From an uncultured Bifidobacteriaceae bacterium (GTDB lineage: Bacteria; Verrucomicrobiota; Verrucomicrobiia; Limisphaerales; JADLHS01), in NCBI GenBank assembly GCA_964458575.1, contig CAYWMD010000009.1, forward strand, positions 54,647-118,646: DNA of 64,000 bases, written 5' to 3'. The translations under genes were made by a program, and so were the position numbers. The notes beneath the pieces are model-generated. The model did not search any database. It had not been told where the DNA came from and worked only from the letters and a program-made list of their open reading frames with translations. This document shows positions 52,858 to 62,130 of the stretch, piece after piece (position 1 is the first letter of the stretch; each line of letters opens with the position of its first letter).

Positions 52858-54346
52858 TCTTAGTGGCGTTGCGAACGCGAGGTGGACGCCGGGACACCCT
52901 CGGGCGGGGCTGCCAAATACGAAGCAGGTACAAGTAAAGAAAAGTGAAGACGGCGGGGCCGACGATTTCCGTGTGAAACCATCCGTCAACTCTGGTGCCA
53001 GCGCGAATCCACAACATAGCGATCGGCAGAATCCAGAAATCCCCCGCTGCCAAGACGGTAGTGATGCGAGTGGTAAGAATGGCGAACAGCCACCCCACGG
53101 CAGCGGACATCAGAATGAGGTACGGCCAACCCCCGTTCCAGTAAGCCTCGGCGAAAAGCCCCATCCCAAAGGTGGCGCCGACGTTGCCGGTTAATCTTGT
53201 ATAAAAGTCCCTCCCGGATTCAATTGGCGGCTTGCCAGGCCAGAGCAGGCGCGGGATCCACGCGATCAACGCAAGTTTGAAACTTTCGCCTGGCCGCCCC
53301 TCATCGTATTCCCGTATGGCGAAGGTTTGCGTGTTTGCGTAATTCAGCCGGGTCAGCCAACCGTATTTGGAGTCTTCGAGCTGTGTTGCTTGGTCTTTGC
53401 GAACGTAAGCATGCAGAAACCCCATGCGATCCATAACTGTTCCCGCGTTCGATTCAGACAAACTAGTTCGTCCAAACCGCACATACGACACGCTGCTAAG
53501 GTAAACAACTACAAGAAGTGCCGTGGCGAACACCGCTGCGCGAAGACTGGGGCGGGCCAGCAAGTAGCCGAAAGAGCAGGGAAGGAAAGCCAGGACCACA
53601 GCCAGCTTGGAGAACATCAATAAGGAAGTCCCGAGTTCGAAGCCGGCCATAATTGCCCACAACAACCACCAAATGCCGCCCCGCCTGATCGCGAGAAACG
53701 TGAGTAAGACCAACCCTGCCATGACGAAGTTGCCGAGCCAGTTCAACACGCCATGAGGAGTGAACGAAACATAGCCAAATTCGGAGAGCAGCCCGACCAT
53801 CCGACAAGGGAGCCCCACGGCGTAGCAGCCAATCATGGTTGCGACCTCGGAATCGGTACGGCGCCGCGTTGAGCAAGAAGCTCGAAGCGCCGAACCGCGC
53901 GCTGTGACTAACCATGTCCAGAACAACGTACCCAAGCCCACCCCATTCAGCAATGTGGCGCGTGTGAGGTCCTTCCACGTTACTGGCCAGACCGCCTCGC
54001 AATACGAGACAGTATGCTGATCGCCAACAAAATAGATCATTGGCCCGAGGCCGAAGTAGGCGCCCGATGCCAACAAGAACCACGGAAGAGGAGACCAGAT
54101 CAATATCCAATCCTGTCGAACTATTCGGAATGCCATTTCCCCGCAGCCCCAAGCCAAGAACACGAGCAATCCCGCGCTGGCCGCCTTGACGGGGAGTTGT
54201 TGCATGAAGGGCAAAAGCAGAGCGGCTGAACAGGCGCCGATGAGCAGTGCCCGTATTGCCACCCCAAGCACCAAGCTTGTCGCAAGTTGACCCTTCATCG
54301 CCGAGGGCTTTCCTTTCCACCTGCCTACTCCTCGCAACCTATTCAT
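52829..54346 (-). CDS. Polytopic membrane protein, probable Wzy-type polysaccharide polymerase / O-antigen-ligase-like
   Basis: About 505 aa from the ATG at 54346, which forms an ATGA overlap with the upstream GT. The alternative start is the ATG at 54298. It has at least 10 predicted hydrophobic helices and one larger loop (RKDQATQLEDSKYGWLTRLNY...). Its position inside a GT cluster fits. No diagnostic motif was seen. Confidence 0.55.
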   Translation of the reverse strand: MNRLRGVGRWKGKPSAMKGQLATSLVLGVAIRALLIGACSAALLLPFMQQLPVKAASAGLLVFLAWGCGEMAFRIVRQDWILIWSPLPWFLLASGAYFGLGPMIYFVGDQHTVSYCEAVWPVTWKDLTRATLLNGVGLGTLFWTWLVTARGSALRASCSTRRRTDSEVATMIGCYAVGLPCRMVGLLSEFGYVSFTPHGVLNWLGNFVMAGLVLLTFLAIRRGGIWWLLWAIMAGFELGTSLLMFSKLAVVLAFLPCSFGYLLARPSLRAAVFATALLVVVYLSSVSYVRFGRTSLSESNAGTVMDRMGFLHAYVRKDQATQLEDSKYGWLTRLNYANTQTFAIREYDEGRPGESFKLALIAWIPRLLWPGKPPIESGRDFYTRLTGNVGATFGMGLFAEAYWNGGWPYLILMSAAVGWLFAILTTRITTVLAAGDFWILPIAMLWIRAGTRVDGWFHTEIVGPAVFTFLYLYLLRIWQPRPRVSRRPPRVRNATKNEAQALPGV

Positions 54347-56814
54347 TTTGCAATCCTCGCGAGTTGTTTGGCTTTCGCAACTGCGCCGAGAAAACTTTGC
54401 GCGGCGGCCAAAGCGGACTGGGATTTGGCCAGTTCGCGCCCGCGAGCGCCCATCTCGCGCCGCCTTTCCGGATTTCGGTGCAGGACCTTGATGGCCTCCG
54501 CCAGTGCTGCGGTGTCCCCGCACGGATAGAGAATTCCGGACTCACCGTCCCGGAAAACATCGTTGATGCCGTAACACCCGCAACGGTCACTGAGAATGAC
54601 CGGCAATCCCAGACTTTGCGCCTCGGTGACGGCCAACGGGTGGGCGTCGCGCTCCGACGGCATCGCCAGCACATCACAGGCCGCCAGCAACCGGGGAATG
54701 GCGGTTTGATTGATGAATCCGGCGAAGCGGGCGTGACGGCTGTGACGACTTCGCAACTGGTTCTCCAACTCGCCGCTGCCGATAAAGAGAATCCTCAGGT
54801 TGTCCAGGCCACAGACCTCGGCCGCTGAGATCAAGTCCTGAGGACGCTTGTGAGGCGCCATTTTACTGCAAAAGGTCACCACAAAATCGTCAGGTTGCAA
54901 TCCGTATTGGGCGCGCAACTGGAGGCGCTCCTGTTCGCCGAAGCCTTCGACTGCCCGTTCAAAGCGGGCCAGGTCAACGGGAATCGGGCAGAAAGAAATG
55001 CGGTCGGCGGGAGCGCCGTACATCCGCAGATAATCCGCATTGTGATCACCGGCAGCCAGGAATACGGTCACTTTTCTAAAGAAGCGTGCGACGACGACGC
55101 GCTTCAAAGCGCGCCAGACCGCAGACTTCCGCCGCTCGTGGATCGCATTCGAGTCACTGTGATAAAGCAGTGGCAGCCCGGAGCGGCGGCACAAGGAAGC
55201 CACACGCCAATGATTGAGGTGGATGTAGCCTGCCACATAGACGGCCTCCCAGCCACCGCTGAGCGCCCGCGCGAGCCCTCGATTTAGACCCTTCCAACTA
55301 CAATCCAAATCGTTCCGCGTCGGCCAGGCCCGCGGCAAAAACTCGCTCTCGTAGCCTTCAAGCAAATCCACGTCCCATTTCACTTCGCGGCCGAAATCGG
55401 GGTCAACTGCGGACTCCAAGCCATGGCGGCTATAATAAAACACCTTTAGGCGGGTGTCTCCCAGCGCCGCGACCTCCTTCCACAAGGGACTGAAATGTTG
55501 GATGGGATGAGATTGGAAAATCGCGATTGCTGGCGCAGGTTCCGTTGACGCGAGAGGTGATACTTGGTGGTGACTGGTGGCGTGTAGCCGGTTACCGAAA
55601 TGGACAGGTCTTGGAGCGACTCCTTGCGCAGTCGCCGCAAGTCGCCGGGCTTTGGCAGCCGCTTTCAGAAGCGTACGGGCGGTTGCGCTCGCGGACTGGG
55701 ATTTGGCCAGTTCGCGCCCGCGAGCGCCCATCTCGCGCCGCCTTTCCGGATTTCGGTGCAGGACCTTGATGGCCTCCGCCAGTGCTGCGGTGTCCCCGCA
55801 CGGATAGAGAATTCCGGACTCACCGTCCCGGAAAACATCGTTGATGCCGTAACACCCGCAACGGTCACTGAGAATGACCGGCAATCCCAGACTTTGCGCC
55901 TCGGTGACGGCCAACGGGTGGGCGTCGCGCTCCGACGGCATCGCCAGCACATCACAGGCCGCCAGCAACCGGGGAATGGCGGTTTGATTGATGAATCCGG
56001 CGAAGCGGGCGTGACGGCTGTGACGACTTCGCAACTGGTTCTCCAACTCGCCGCTGCCGATAAAGAGAATCCTCAGGTTGTCCAGGCCACAGACCTCGGC
56101 CGCTGAGATCAAGTCCTGAGGACGCTTGTGAGGCGCCATTTTACTGCAAAAGGTCACCACAAAATCGTCAGGTTGCAATCCGTATTGGGCGCGCAACTGG
56201 AGGCGCTCCTGTTCGCCGAAGCCTTCGACTGCCCGTTCAAAGCGGGCCAGGTCAACGGGAATCGGGCAGAAAGAAATGCGGTCGGCGGGAGCGCCGTACA
56301 TCCGCAGATAATCCGCATTGTGATCACCGGCAGCCAGGAATACGGTCACTTTTCTAAAGAAGCGTGCGACGACGACGCGCTTCAAAGCGCGCCAGACCGC
56401 AGACTTCCGCCGCTCGTGGATCGCATTCGAGTCACTGTGATAAAGCAGTGGCAGCCCGGAGCGGCGGCACAAGGAAGCCACACGCCAATGATTGAGGTGG
56501 ATGTAGCCTGCCACATAGACGGCCTCCCAGCCACCGCTGAGCGCCCGCGCGAGCCCTCGATTTAGACCCTTCCAACTACAATCCAAATCGTTCCGCGTCG
56601 GCCAGGCCCGCGGCAAAAACTCGCTCTCGTAGCCTTCAAGCAAATCCACGTCCCATTTCACTTCGCGGCCGAAATCGGGGTCAACTGCGGACTCCAAGCC
56701 ATGGCGGCTATAATAAAACACCTTTAGGCGGGTGTCTCCCAGCGCCGCGACCTCCTTCCACAAGGGACTGAAATGCTGGATGGGATGGGATTGGAAAATC
56801 GCGATTGCTGGCAT
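54343..56814 (-). CDS. Tandem-duplicated double glycosyltransferase (two complete GT4-like units in one 823-aa ORF)
   Basis: The ATG at 56814 gives MPAIAIFQSHPIQHF.... The track ORF start at 56856 would overlap the ydjC-like gene. Each unit ends in the GT1/GT4 block LAMPSERDAHPLAVTEAQSLGLPVILSD. A 374-aa unit (PAIAIF...ELAKSQSA) occurs twice with identical amino-acid sequence. Confidence 0.8.
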   Translation of the reverse strand: MPAIAIFQSHPIQHFSPLWKEVAALGDTRLKVFYYSRHGLESAVDPDFGREVKWDVDLLEGYESEFLPRAWPTRNDLDCSWKGLNRGLARALSGGWEAVYVAGYIHLNHWRVASLCRRSGLPLLYHSDSNAIHERRKSAVWRALKRVVVARFFRKVTVFLAAGDHNADYLRMYGAPADRISFCPIPVDLARFERAVEGFGEQERLQLRAQYGLQPDDFVVTFCSKMAPHKRPQDLISAAEVCGLDNLRILFIGSGELENQLRSRHSRHARFAGFINQTAIPRLLAACDVLAMPSERDAHPLAVTEAQSLGLPVILSDRCGCYGINDVFRDGESGILYPCGDTAALAEAIKVLHRNPERRREMGARGRELAKSQSASATARTLLKAAAKARRLAATAQGVAPRPVHFGNRLHATSHHQVSPLASTEPAPAIAIFQSHPIQHFSPLWKEVAALGDTRLKVFYYSRHGLESAVDPDFGREVKWDVDLLEGYESEFLPRAWPTRNDLDCSWKGLNRGLARALSGGWEAVYVAGYIHLNHWRVASLCRRSGLPLLYHSDSNAIHERRKSAVWRALKRVVVARFFRKVTVFLAAGDHNADYLRMYGAPADRISFCPIPVDLARFERAVEGFGEQERLQLRAQYGLQPDDFVVTFCSKMAPHKRPQDLISAAEVCGLDNLRILFIGSGELENQLRSRHSRHARFAGFINQTAIPRLLAACDVLAMPSERDAHPLAVTEAQSLGLPVILSDRCGCYGINDVFRDGESGILYPCGDTAALAEAIKVLHRNPERRREMGARGRELAKSQSALAAAQSFLGAVAKAKQLARIAK
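54413..55534. repeat. Direct repeat copy A (1122 bp) of the GT duplication
   Basis: It is identical to 55691-56812 except at 55498 (t vs c) and 55510 (a vs g). The period is 1278 bp (= 426 codons). Identical track ORFs confirm this: 54850..55287 equals 56128..56565. Confidence 0.9.
55691..56812. repeat. Direct repeat copy B (1122 bp) of the GT duplication
   Basis: See copy A. The two differences (56776 and 56788) are both synonymous, in Q27 and S23 of the ORF. Confidence 0.9.
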
Positions 56815-56821
56815 GGGGACT

Positions 56822-57571
56822 TTACAATTCTGCGTAGCTGATGAAGCTAACTTCAAACGGCAACTCCCGCCACCAATCCGTGTGAAGTAATCGGGTTTCA
56901 GGTTCGTAGCTTGGCCAACCCGGGTGAACCATCAACTCGACCGACCGATAACTTCTTGGAATAGTCGAGCCTCTTTCGACGAACGTTTTAAGCGAAGTGA
57001 AAGCGTCGGTCGTGACCGTACGATAGCAATGCCGCATGGCCACATTCCACAGTGACTTTAGCAAGCGTCGCGACGCAGGTACCGAGCGGGGCAACGGGTA
57101 AAGATTCAAGGTGAGCCGGACCTTACGAATACCGAATCGCTTCTGGACAGCTTTTAGTACCCGGAAAATCCCAGGAGTCGTATGCATGTGATGGTGGCTG
57201 TCGAGATGGGAAATGCTAATGCCGAGCTCTTTCAACCTCTCGATCTGCGCACAAAACTCCTGAAAGATACCTTCCCGAAGGCTGGCCGTGAAACAGGTTT
57301 CCCGCGCGGCGTTCCCCCGGAAAGCACCGGCCTCATCGAGAATCGGCTGCAAGTCGTGATGCCGCGAAAGGGGACGGAATTCCGACAAGTTCAGATGCGC
57401 GCCAAAGGAGCACTGCGGCAATTCCTTCAACCACCGCGCGGCATGATCAGCGCCCGGTCCGTTGGCCAGCACGGTCGCCGACGTCACACGACCTTTTCGC
57501 ATCAACTCGAAGATCGAGTCATTGACCTGCTCGCTGTATCCCAAGTCATCCGCGTTGACTATAACTTTCAT
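56822..57571 (-). CDS. YdjC/ChbG-family carbohydrate deacetylase
   Basis: 249 aa. The sequence MKVIVNADDLGYSEQVNDSI...GAHLNLSE...HLDSHHHMH is characteristic of the YdjC family. Confidence 0.87.
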   Translation of the reverse strand: MKVIVNADDLGYSEQVNDSIFELMRKGRVTSATVLANGPGADHAARWLKELPQCSFGAHLNLSEFRPLSRHHDLQPILDEAGAFRGNAARETCFTASLREGIFQEFCAQIERLKELGISISHLDSHHHMHTTPGIFRVLKAVQKRFGIRKVRLTLNLYPLPRSVPASRRLLKSLWNVAMRHCYRTVTTDAFTSLKTFVERGSTIPRSYRSVELMVHPGWPSYEPETRLLHTDWWRELPFEVSFISYAEL

Positions 57572-57618
57572 GGGTCAGACTGCGCTCGTTAACTCGTTAT
57601 AAGCAGGAGCAGCCTTGT

Positions 57619-58347
57619 TCATGTCCGCACTGCGGTGATGAGGAACACGCGTGTGAACACCCCCGAGCCAGGGCTGCCCGTCTCGATCAGATTCCATGAG
57701 ATCAATACGACACGGAGGAGTTTCCAAAGCAACCAACGGATGGGGGAGAAGATTCCTGCCCTAAGCACCGGCCCGGCTTCGCGCGCTTCCACCGATTCGT
57801 AGCCAGACATTTCCAGCAGCCGGGTAAGGAGCTTGGGAGTGAAACAAACTTCGTGAGTAAAATCTCCGTAGCGAATACAGGCAGCCCACGGACTTTCCGC
57901 GTTCGGTGTTTGCAGGATTATTCGCGCCCCCGGATGCAACGCGTCACGGCACGCGGCCAAAAAACTCAGTACCTCGTCTTTTTGAAAGTGCTCGATGAGG
58001 TCCAATCCAACAATCAGGTCAAATTTCTGGTTCGAGGACTTGAGGTAGTCGAACACGCTTCCTTGCACGACCCTCGGGACCACTTGCCGAGCGAGATCCA
58101 CCTGTTCAGCGCTCAAATCAACCCCATGCAGGTTTTCATAACCGCAGGCTTTGAAATGCTTCAGCAGGTTGCCAGGACCACAGCCCACTTCCAGAATCGT
58201 TGCCTGCCTGTCGGCGGGAAGCCAGCCACGGAAATACGTGTGGTAGGCTTCGGACCACCTGTCTCCCCTTGCCAGCGACTTGTCCGCCCCCCGTTTCTGA
58301 AAACCGGAGACGTATTGGTTATAGATGTAATTTCGATAGTTGCTCAT
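57619..58347 (-). CDS. Class I SAM-dependent methyltransferase
   Basis: 242 aa. Motif I is ILEVGCGPGNLL, with post-I GVDLS and motif II/III LIVGLDLIEH. Confidence 0.87.
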   Translation of the reverse strand: MSNYRNYIYNQYVSGFQKRGADKSLARGDRWSEAYHTYFRGWLPADRQATILEVGCGPGNLLKHFKACGYENLHGVDLSAEQVDLARQVVPRVVQGSVFDYLKSSNQKFDLIVGLDLIEHFQKDEVLSFLAACRDALHPGARIILQTPNAESPWAACIRYGDFTHEVCFTPKLLTRLLEMSGYESVEAREAGPVLRAGIFSPIRWLLWKLLRVVLISWNLIETGSPGSGVFTRVFLITAVRT

Positions 58348-59470
58348 GCATGGGTTTTGCAGCTGTTTGGAGGTTCCGGGCGCGCAGGTCGTGGAAGACC
58401 TCCACGACTTTCCTCATCCGGTCGTCGAGGGAGTAACCTGAGTTCAGGCAGCGCTCGCGACCCCGGCGAGCCACAGTCTCGCGGTCGTTCGGCTGACGCA
58501 GGTAACAATCCACTTGCTGCACGAGTTCCTCGGGCCCGTCAAAGAACGCGGCCTCTTCGCCTTCTTTGAAGTAGCGCAGGGATTCTTCGTTGCGCTCGTG
58601 CAGCATGAACGGGCCGCAGGCCGGAATGTTGAAGGTGCGGCTGGTGATAAGATCACCCGAGCTTGCTCCCTTGCGCCCTTCGCTAAGAACAGCGAGACAT
58701 ATCTTCGCCCCCAGCAAAGCTTTGGTATATTCGTCGCCAATCACGTGGCCCCCCTGGATGCTCGACAAGAGTTCGGGTATTTGTGCATTGTCCCAAAAGG
58801 AACCCCAGATTTTCATCGAAGCGCCGGGCAAGGCTCTTCTCAGTGCTCCGAGGAGTTGCTCTTTCTTGGGCGACCATGAACCGATGAAGGCCACATCGCA
58901 ACCGTAGCGCGCACGGTCTTCCTCGTCCAACGGGAGCGGGCGGTGAATCTCGGGATCGAAGCCATGTTCGAGGAAACTGATACTTTTCACGCCGAGCTGA
59001 GCCTGCATGTCGGCAATGCCCCAGGATTTTGTGGTAAAGACATGGTCATAAAGCGGCAAGGCGCGGGGAATATAGTGGCCGTGCACCAAAAAACTCACAT
59101 CCGGATAAAAATTCACTGTCGGGATGCCGCCCTCCTTGTAGAAACGAACCACATCGGGATGAACCAAACTGCCTTTGAACACGAAAAGGCCTTGGGGTCT
59201 GAAAGCGTCCGCCAGCCGCCGAGCTTCGAGATAAAGTTCGCGAGCGAGAATCGGGCGCAGAAGCCGGCGAAGGAGGCGAGCAGGAGTAGAGCGCCAAGTC
59301 GCTCCGCTGAACTGATGTTCGTCTATAACTTGAATGGAGTGACCACGACGCCGTAGGGCCATGAATGCGGCGCGAGAATTTGAACCGAGCCAGGTTTCTC
59401 CAACGCATACGATGCGCAAGGAGGGACTATCTTTGGCTGGATTCATTGTTTGACGGGATAACCGGGCCAC
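58319..59470 (-). CDS. CgeB-like glycosyltransferase-family protein (DUF3880 plus GT1-like C-domain)
   Basis: 383 aa from the GTG at 59470; an ATG at 59446 is an alternative start. The sequence RIVCVGETWLGSNS...VAFIGSW...SRTFNIPACGPFMLHERNEE...F resembles CgeB/spore-maturation-type GTs. Both of its ends overlap neighbouring genes. Confidence 0.65.
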   Translation of the reverse strand: MARLSRQTMNPAKDSPSLRIVCVGETWLGSNSRAAFMALRRRGHSIQVIDEHQFSGATWRSTPARLLRRLLRPILARELYLEARRLADAFRPQGLFVFKGSLVHPDVVRFYKEGGIPTVNFYPDVSFLVHGHYIPRALPLYDHVFTTKSWGIADMQAQLGVKSISFLEHGFDPEIHRPLPLDEEDRARYGCDVAFIGSWSPKKEQLLGALRRALPGASMKIWGSFWDNAQIPELLSSIQGGHVIGDEYTKALLGAKICLAVLSEGRKGASSGDLITSRTFNIPACGPFMLHERNEESLRYFKEGEEAAFFDGPEELVQQVDCYLRQPNDRETVARRGRERCLNSGYSLDDRMRKVVEVFHDLRARNLQTAAKPMHEQLSKLHL

Positions 59471-60761
59471 GACTCAGCGAATGCATGATCTGCTGTAATT
59501 TCGCGAAAGAATGGTCTTCCATGTACTGTTCGAACCTTGCCGTCTTTGCCAACCGCGCCCGATACTCGGGTGAACTCATCTCCCTCAAGGCCGCCAAGCA
59601 AGCTTCCGGCGTTTGTTCCGGCAGCACGGAGCCGACCCCGTATTCGCGGACTCTTTTCGCCATGAGTTCCCCTTCGCTCACGAGCAATGGTTTTCGGAAG
59701 GCTACCGCCTTGCTGATGACATTGCTGGAATGGAGATGGTCACGATACACACAAAAAATCATGTCACAGCTCGAGACTATCGCGTTGAAGTCACCTTCCG
59801 AAGCAATTCGTTGGGGAGAGAAAACGACATTGCTTCGCCGATAGATGCCCTCGTTCAAAAAGGCCTGATGGCGTGCAGAAAACGAACCCGCCTGACAATT
59901 TCCTGCAAGCACAAAAAGGAACCCTTCAGTGTCATGGTTTTGGATCACATCCAGCAAGACATCCGCGCATTTTCGCCGGCTCAAATCCCCAAGCAATCCA
60001 ACCACCACCCGCCCCTCGCGTTTCGCGGCAATCCTGGGCACTAACTCGGGAGGCGGATTGGCAATTTGCAACGAAGTCGTCTCGGGATAAGCCACCACCT
60101 GCTTGCCCGTTTTGATCCGCACCCAATCCTCGTATCGCTCGTCTTGCATGGCTATCTGCTGGCACCGGCTTCTCCTCAACACCTGGTTCTTCTGCCAGAG
60201 ATAAAAACACCGTATCCCCGCTGCCACCCCGGTGAGCAAGCGATCTAAAATGGAATGCAACATTTTCGTAAACCAGCCGCATTTGGCTGAATTCCCCATT
60301 AACCGCGCCAACTCCTGTCTGGCCCGGCTCAATGGCCACCGCCGTTCGTGAGTGAGCAGCAACCCACTAAACGGCCAGGGCAGCAACCGCCGGATGCCGA
60401 GCCAGAGCAGCGGCAACTGCCGGACCCCGATGAACAGGCTATCGAGACTGGTATGAAAAACAAACAACGGTTCCCCGGGGGTCGCTTTACGAATGGAGTC
60501 CACTCGGGCCCGCAACTCGCGCAAATCCGCCGCCAGATCAGTAAACTTTTTAAAGCCGGTTCGGGCGGCGCGGTTGGCATGACTCACAACTGAAACTTTT
60601 TCCAGCAGCCCGGGCGGCCCGCCGACGCGTTCCAAAGGATTGGCTTCACCGGGACAGATCACGTAAATTTTGCGGCTGAAGGAGTCGCAGGCGCGAATTA
60701 ATTCCGCACAATACGACGGATGATGGCCGTCCCAGGAAACCACGATCAGGACGGTGATCAC
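59427..60761 (-). CDS. Hypothetical protein, possibly a GT-B-fold glycosyltransferase
   Basis: 444 aa. The GTG start overlaps the upstream stop (GTGA). The C-terminal half (VVVGLLGDLSRRK...FLFVLAGN...SSCDMIFCVYRD...SNVISKAVAFRKPLLVSEG) looks like a GT-B C-terminal Rossmann domain. No firm family assignment. Confidence 0.45.
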   Translation of the reverse strand: MITVLIVVSWDGHHPSYCAELIRACDSFSRKIYVICPGEANPLERVGGPPGLLEKVSVVSHANRAARTGFKKFTDLAADLRELRARVDSIRKATPGEPLFVFHTSLDSLFIGVRQLPLLWLGIRRLLPWPFSGLLLTHERRWPLSRARQELARLMGNSAKCGWFTKMLHSILDRLLTGVAAGIRCFYLWQKNQVLRRSRCQQIAMQDERYEDWVRIKTGKQVVAYPETTSLQIANPPPELVPRIAAKREGRVVVGLLGDLSRRKCADVLLDVIQNHDTEGFLFVLAGNCQAGSFSARHQAFLNEGIYRRSNVVFSPQRIASEGDFNAIVSSCDMIFCVYRDHLHSSNVISKAVAFRKPLLVSEGELMAKRVREYGVGSVLPEQTPEACLAALREMSSPEYRARLAKTARFEQYMEDHSFAKLQQIMHSLSRGPVIPSNNESSQR

Positions 60762-62083
60762 CGGACTGGTTGAGGGTTGAGGGTTGAGCGTTGCCGGAGG
60801 GCACTCTCGTAGAAATCCAGGTAGTTCTGCGTCATGTGCTGAATGCCGAATTCCCGGTGCGCCCGTTCGTACGCTCGCCGGCCTGTTTCCGAACGGAGTT
60901 GATTATCATTGATCAAGCGTTGGATGCGTTCGGCCATTTGGTTGGAGTCGCCCGGTGGGAAAAGAAACCCATTTTGACCATCGGTCACCTGGTCGGGAAT
61001 TCCTCCCACGTCGCTGGCCACCACCGGCAACCCGCAGGCCATCGCCTCGGTAATGCTCAAGCCCCAAACCTCCGCACGCGAAGCGTGAACATAAATGTCG
61101 GCGGCTTGATAATGTTTCGCCACGACACGCCGGTCGCTTAAGTGCGGCACGAACTGCAACTTCGCTTGCCCCACTTCCTCCGGCGGCCCGTCTTCTCCCA
61201 GGGCAACGAAGAACAACGGTTTCCCCGGGTTCTGGGCGCTCAAGATTTCCAGTGCCTTACGCATCGTGGGATAGTCTTTTGCAATGCTGTTGCGGATTCC
61301 CTTGGCGGCAAACAGCAGGATGGTTGCGTCGCGCGGAAAGCCCAGGTCTTGACGTGCTTCTGCTCGATCCCCGGGCTGGAAAACTGAAAGGTCAATGCCA
61401 TGGTGGATGATCCGCGTGGAGGCGACAGCCGCAGGGAGCATCGAGTTGTTCAACTTCTCCATTAGCCAGCGGCAGGGCGCGGCGATGTGCAGGCGGCTTT
61501 GGGAGTAGATCTTTTGCTTACGACGCCAGTTGTAAGCAGTGGCATCGCGCCGAATAGATGGGTAGATGGTCAGGTCGGGACACGTCCCACAACCGGTTCG
61601 CCAGCGTTCGCAGTCGAAGGAATGTGAACAATGGCCGCTCAACAGCCAGGCATCATGCAAGGTCACGACGGTGGGAATTTGCCGACTCAACCACGGCAGC
61701 ACCCGCAAATCAAAGTAGCTACCGTGCAGATTGTGCAGGTGGAGAACATCGGGCTTGTCCGGCGCGTGCTCCAACAAATGGTGACTCCCGGGAAAATCAA
61801 AATCCTCGTGTCCCAGCAAAACTCGCGCTGTGCTCCACGGTCGCCCGCACGCCCGAGCGAGCCGGTTGCCAGCCAACGGGCGGACGACTCGGTTGCATAG
61901 CCTCGCCCACTGATGTCGGTGCGCTTCGTTACGGATGGCGAGCAGTCGCTCGTCGTCAAGCGTTTTCTCCCGAACGGCCAACCAGGCGGAATGTCCCGCT
62001 GTGTTGCAACCTTCCATCAGGTCGAAGGCCAACTGTGCCGCACCGCCCCCGTGAGCGGTTGTGTTTACGTGCAGAATACGCAT
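60758..62083 (-). CDS. Glycosyltransferase family 4 with a Cys-rich insert
   Basis: 441 aa. The N-terminus is MRILHVNTTAHGGGAAQ. The insert is CSHSFDCERWRTGCGTCPD. The C-domain is VHASRAEVWGLSITEAMACGLPVVASDVGGIPD. The last codons (STLNPQP) are encoded by the ctcaaccctcaaccc repeat word. Confidence 0.85.
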   Translation of the reverse strand: MRILHVNTTAHGGGAAQLAFDLMEGCNTAGHSAWLAVREKTLDDERLLAIRNEAHRHQWARLCNRVVRPLAGNRLARACGRPWSTARVLLGHEDFDFPGSHHLLEHAPDKPDVLHLHNLHGSYFDLRVLPWLSRQIPTVVTLHDAWLLSGHCSHSFDCERWRTGCGTCPDLTIYPSIRRDATAYNWRRKQKIYSQSRLHIAAPCRWLMEKLNNSMLPAAVASTRIIHHGIDLSVFQPGDRAEARQDLGFPRDATILLFAAKGIRNSIAKDYPTMRKALEILSAQNPGKPLFFVALGEDGPPEEVGQAKLQFVPHLSDRRVVAKHYQAADIYVHASRAEVWGLSITEAMACGLPVVASDVGGIPDQVTDGQNGFLFPPGDSNQMAERIQRLINDNQLRSETGRRAYERAHREFGIQHMTQNYLDFYESALRQRSTLNPQPVR

Positions 62084-62130
62084 CGGTATGATCCTGAACG
62101 GGATAACTTTAGACCTGGACAGCCAAGACC

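Noticed and set aside
56815-56856. The upstream start (56856) of the double-GT track ORF (MKLASSATQNCKVP...).
   Set aside because: It would overlap the ydjC-like gene by 35 nt. The ATG at 56814 coincides with the beginning of the repeated unit (MPAIAIF) and leaves a 7-nt gap after the upstream stop.
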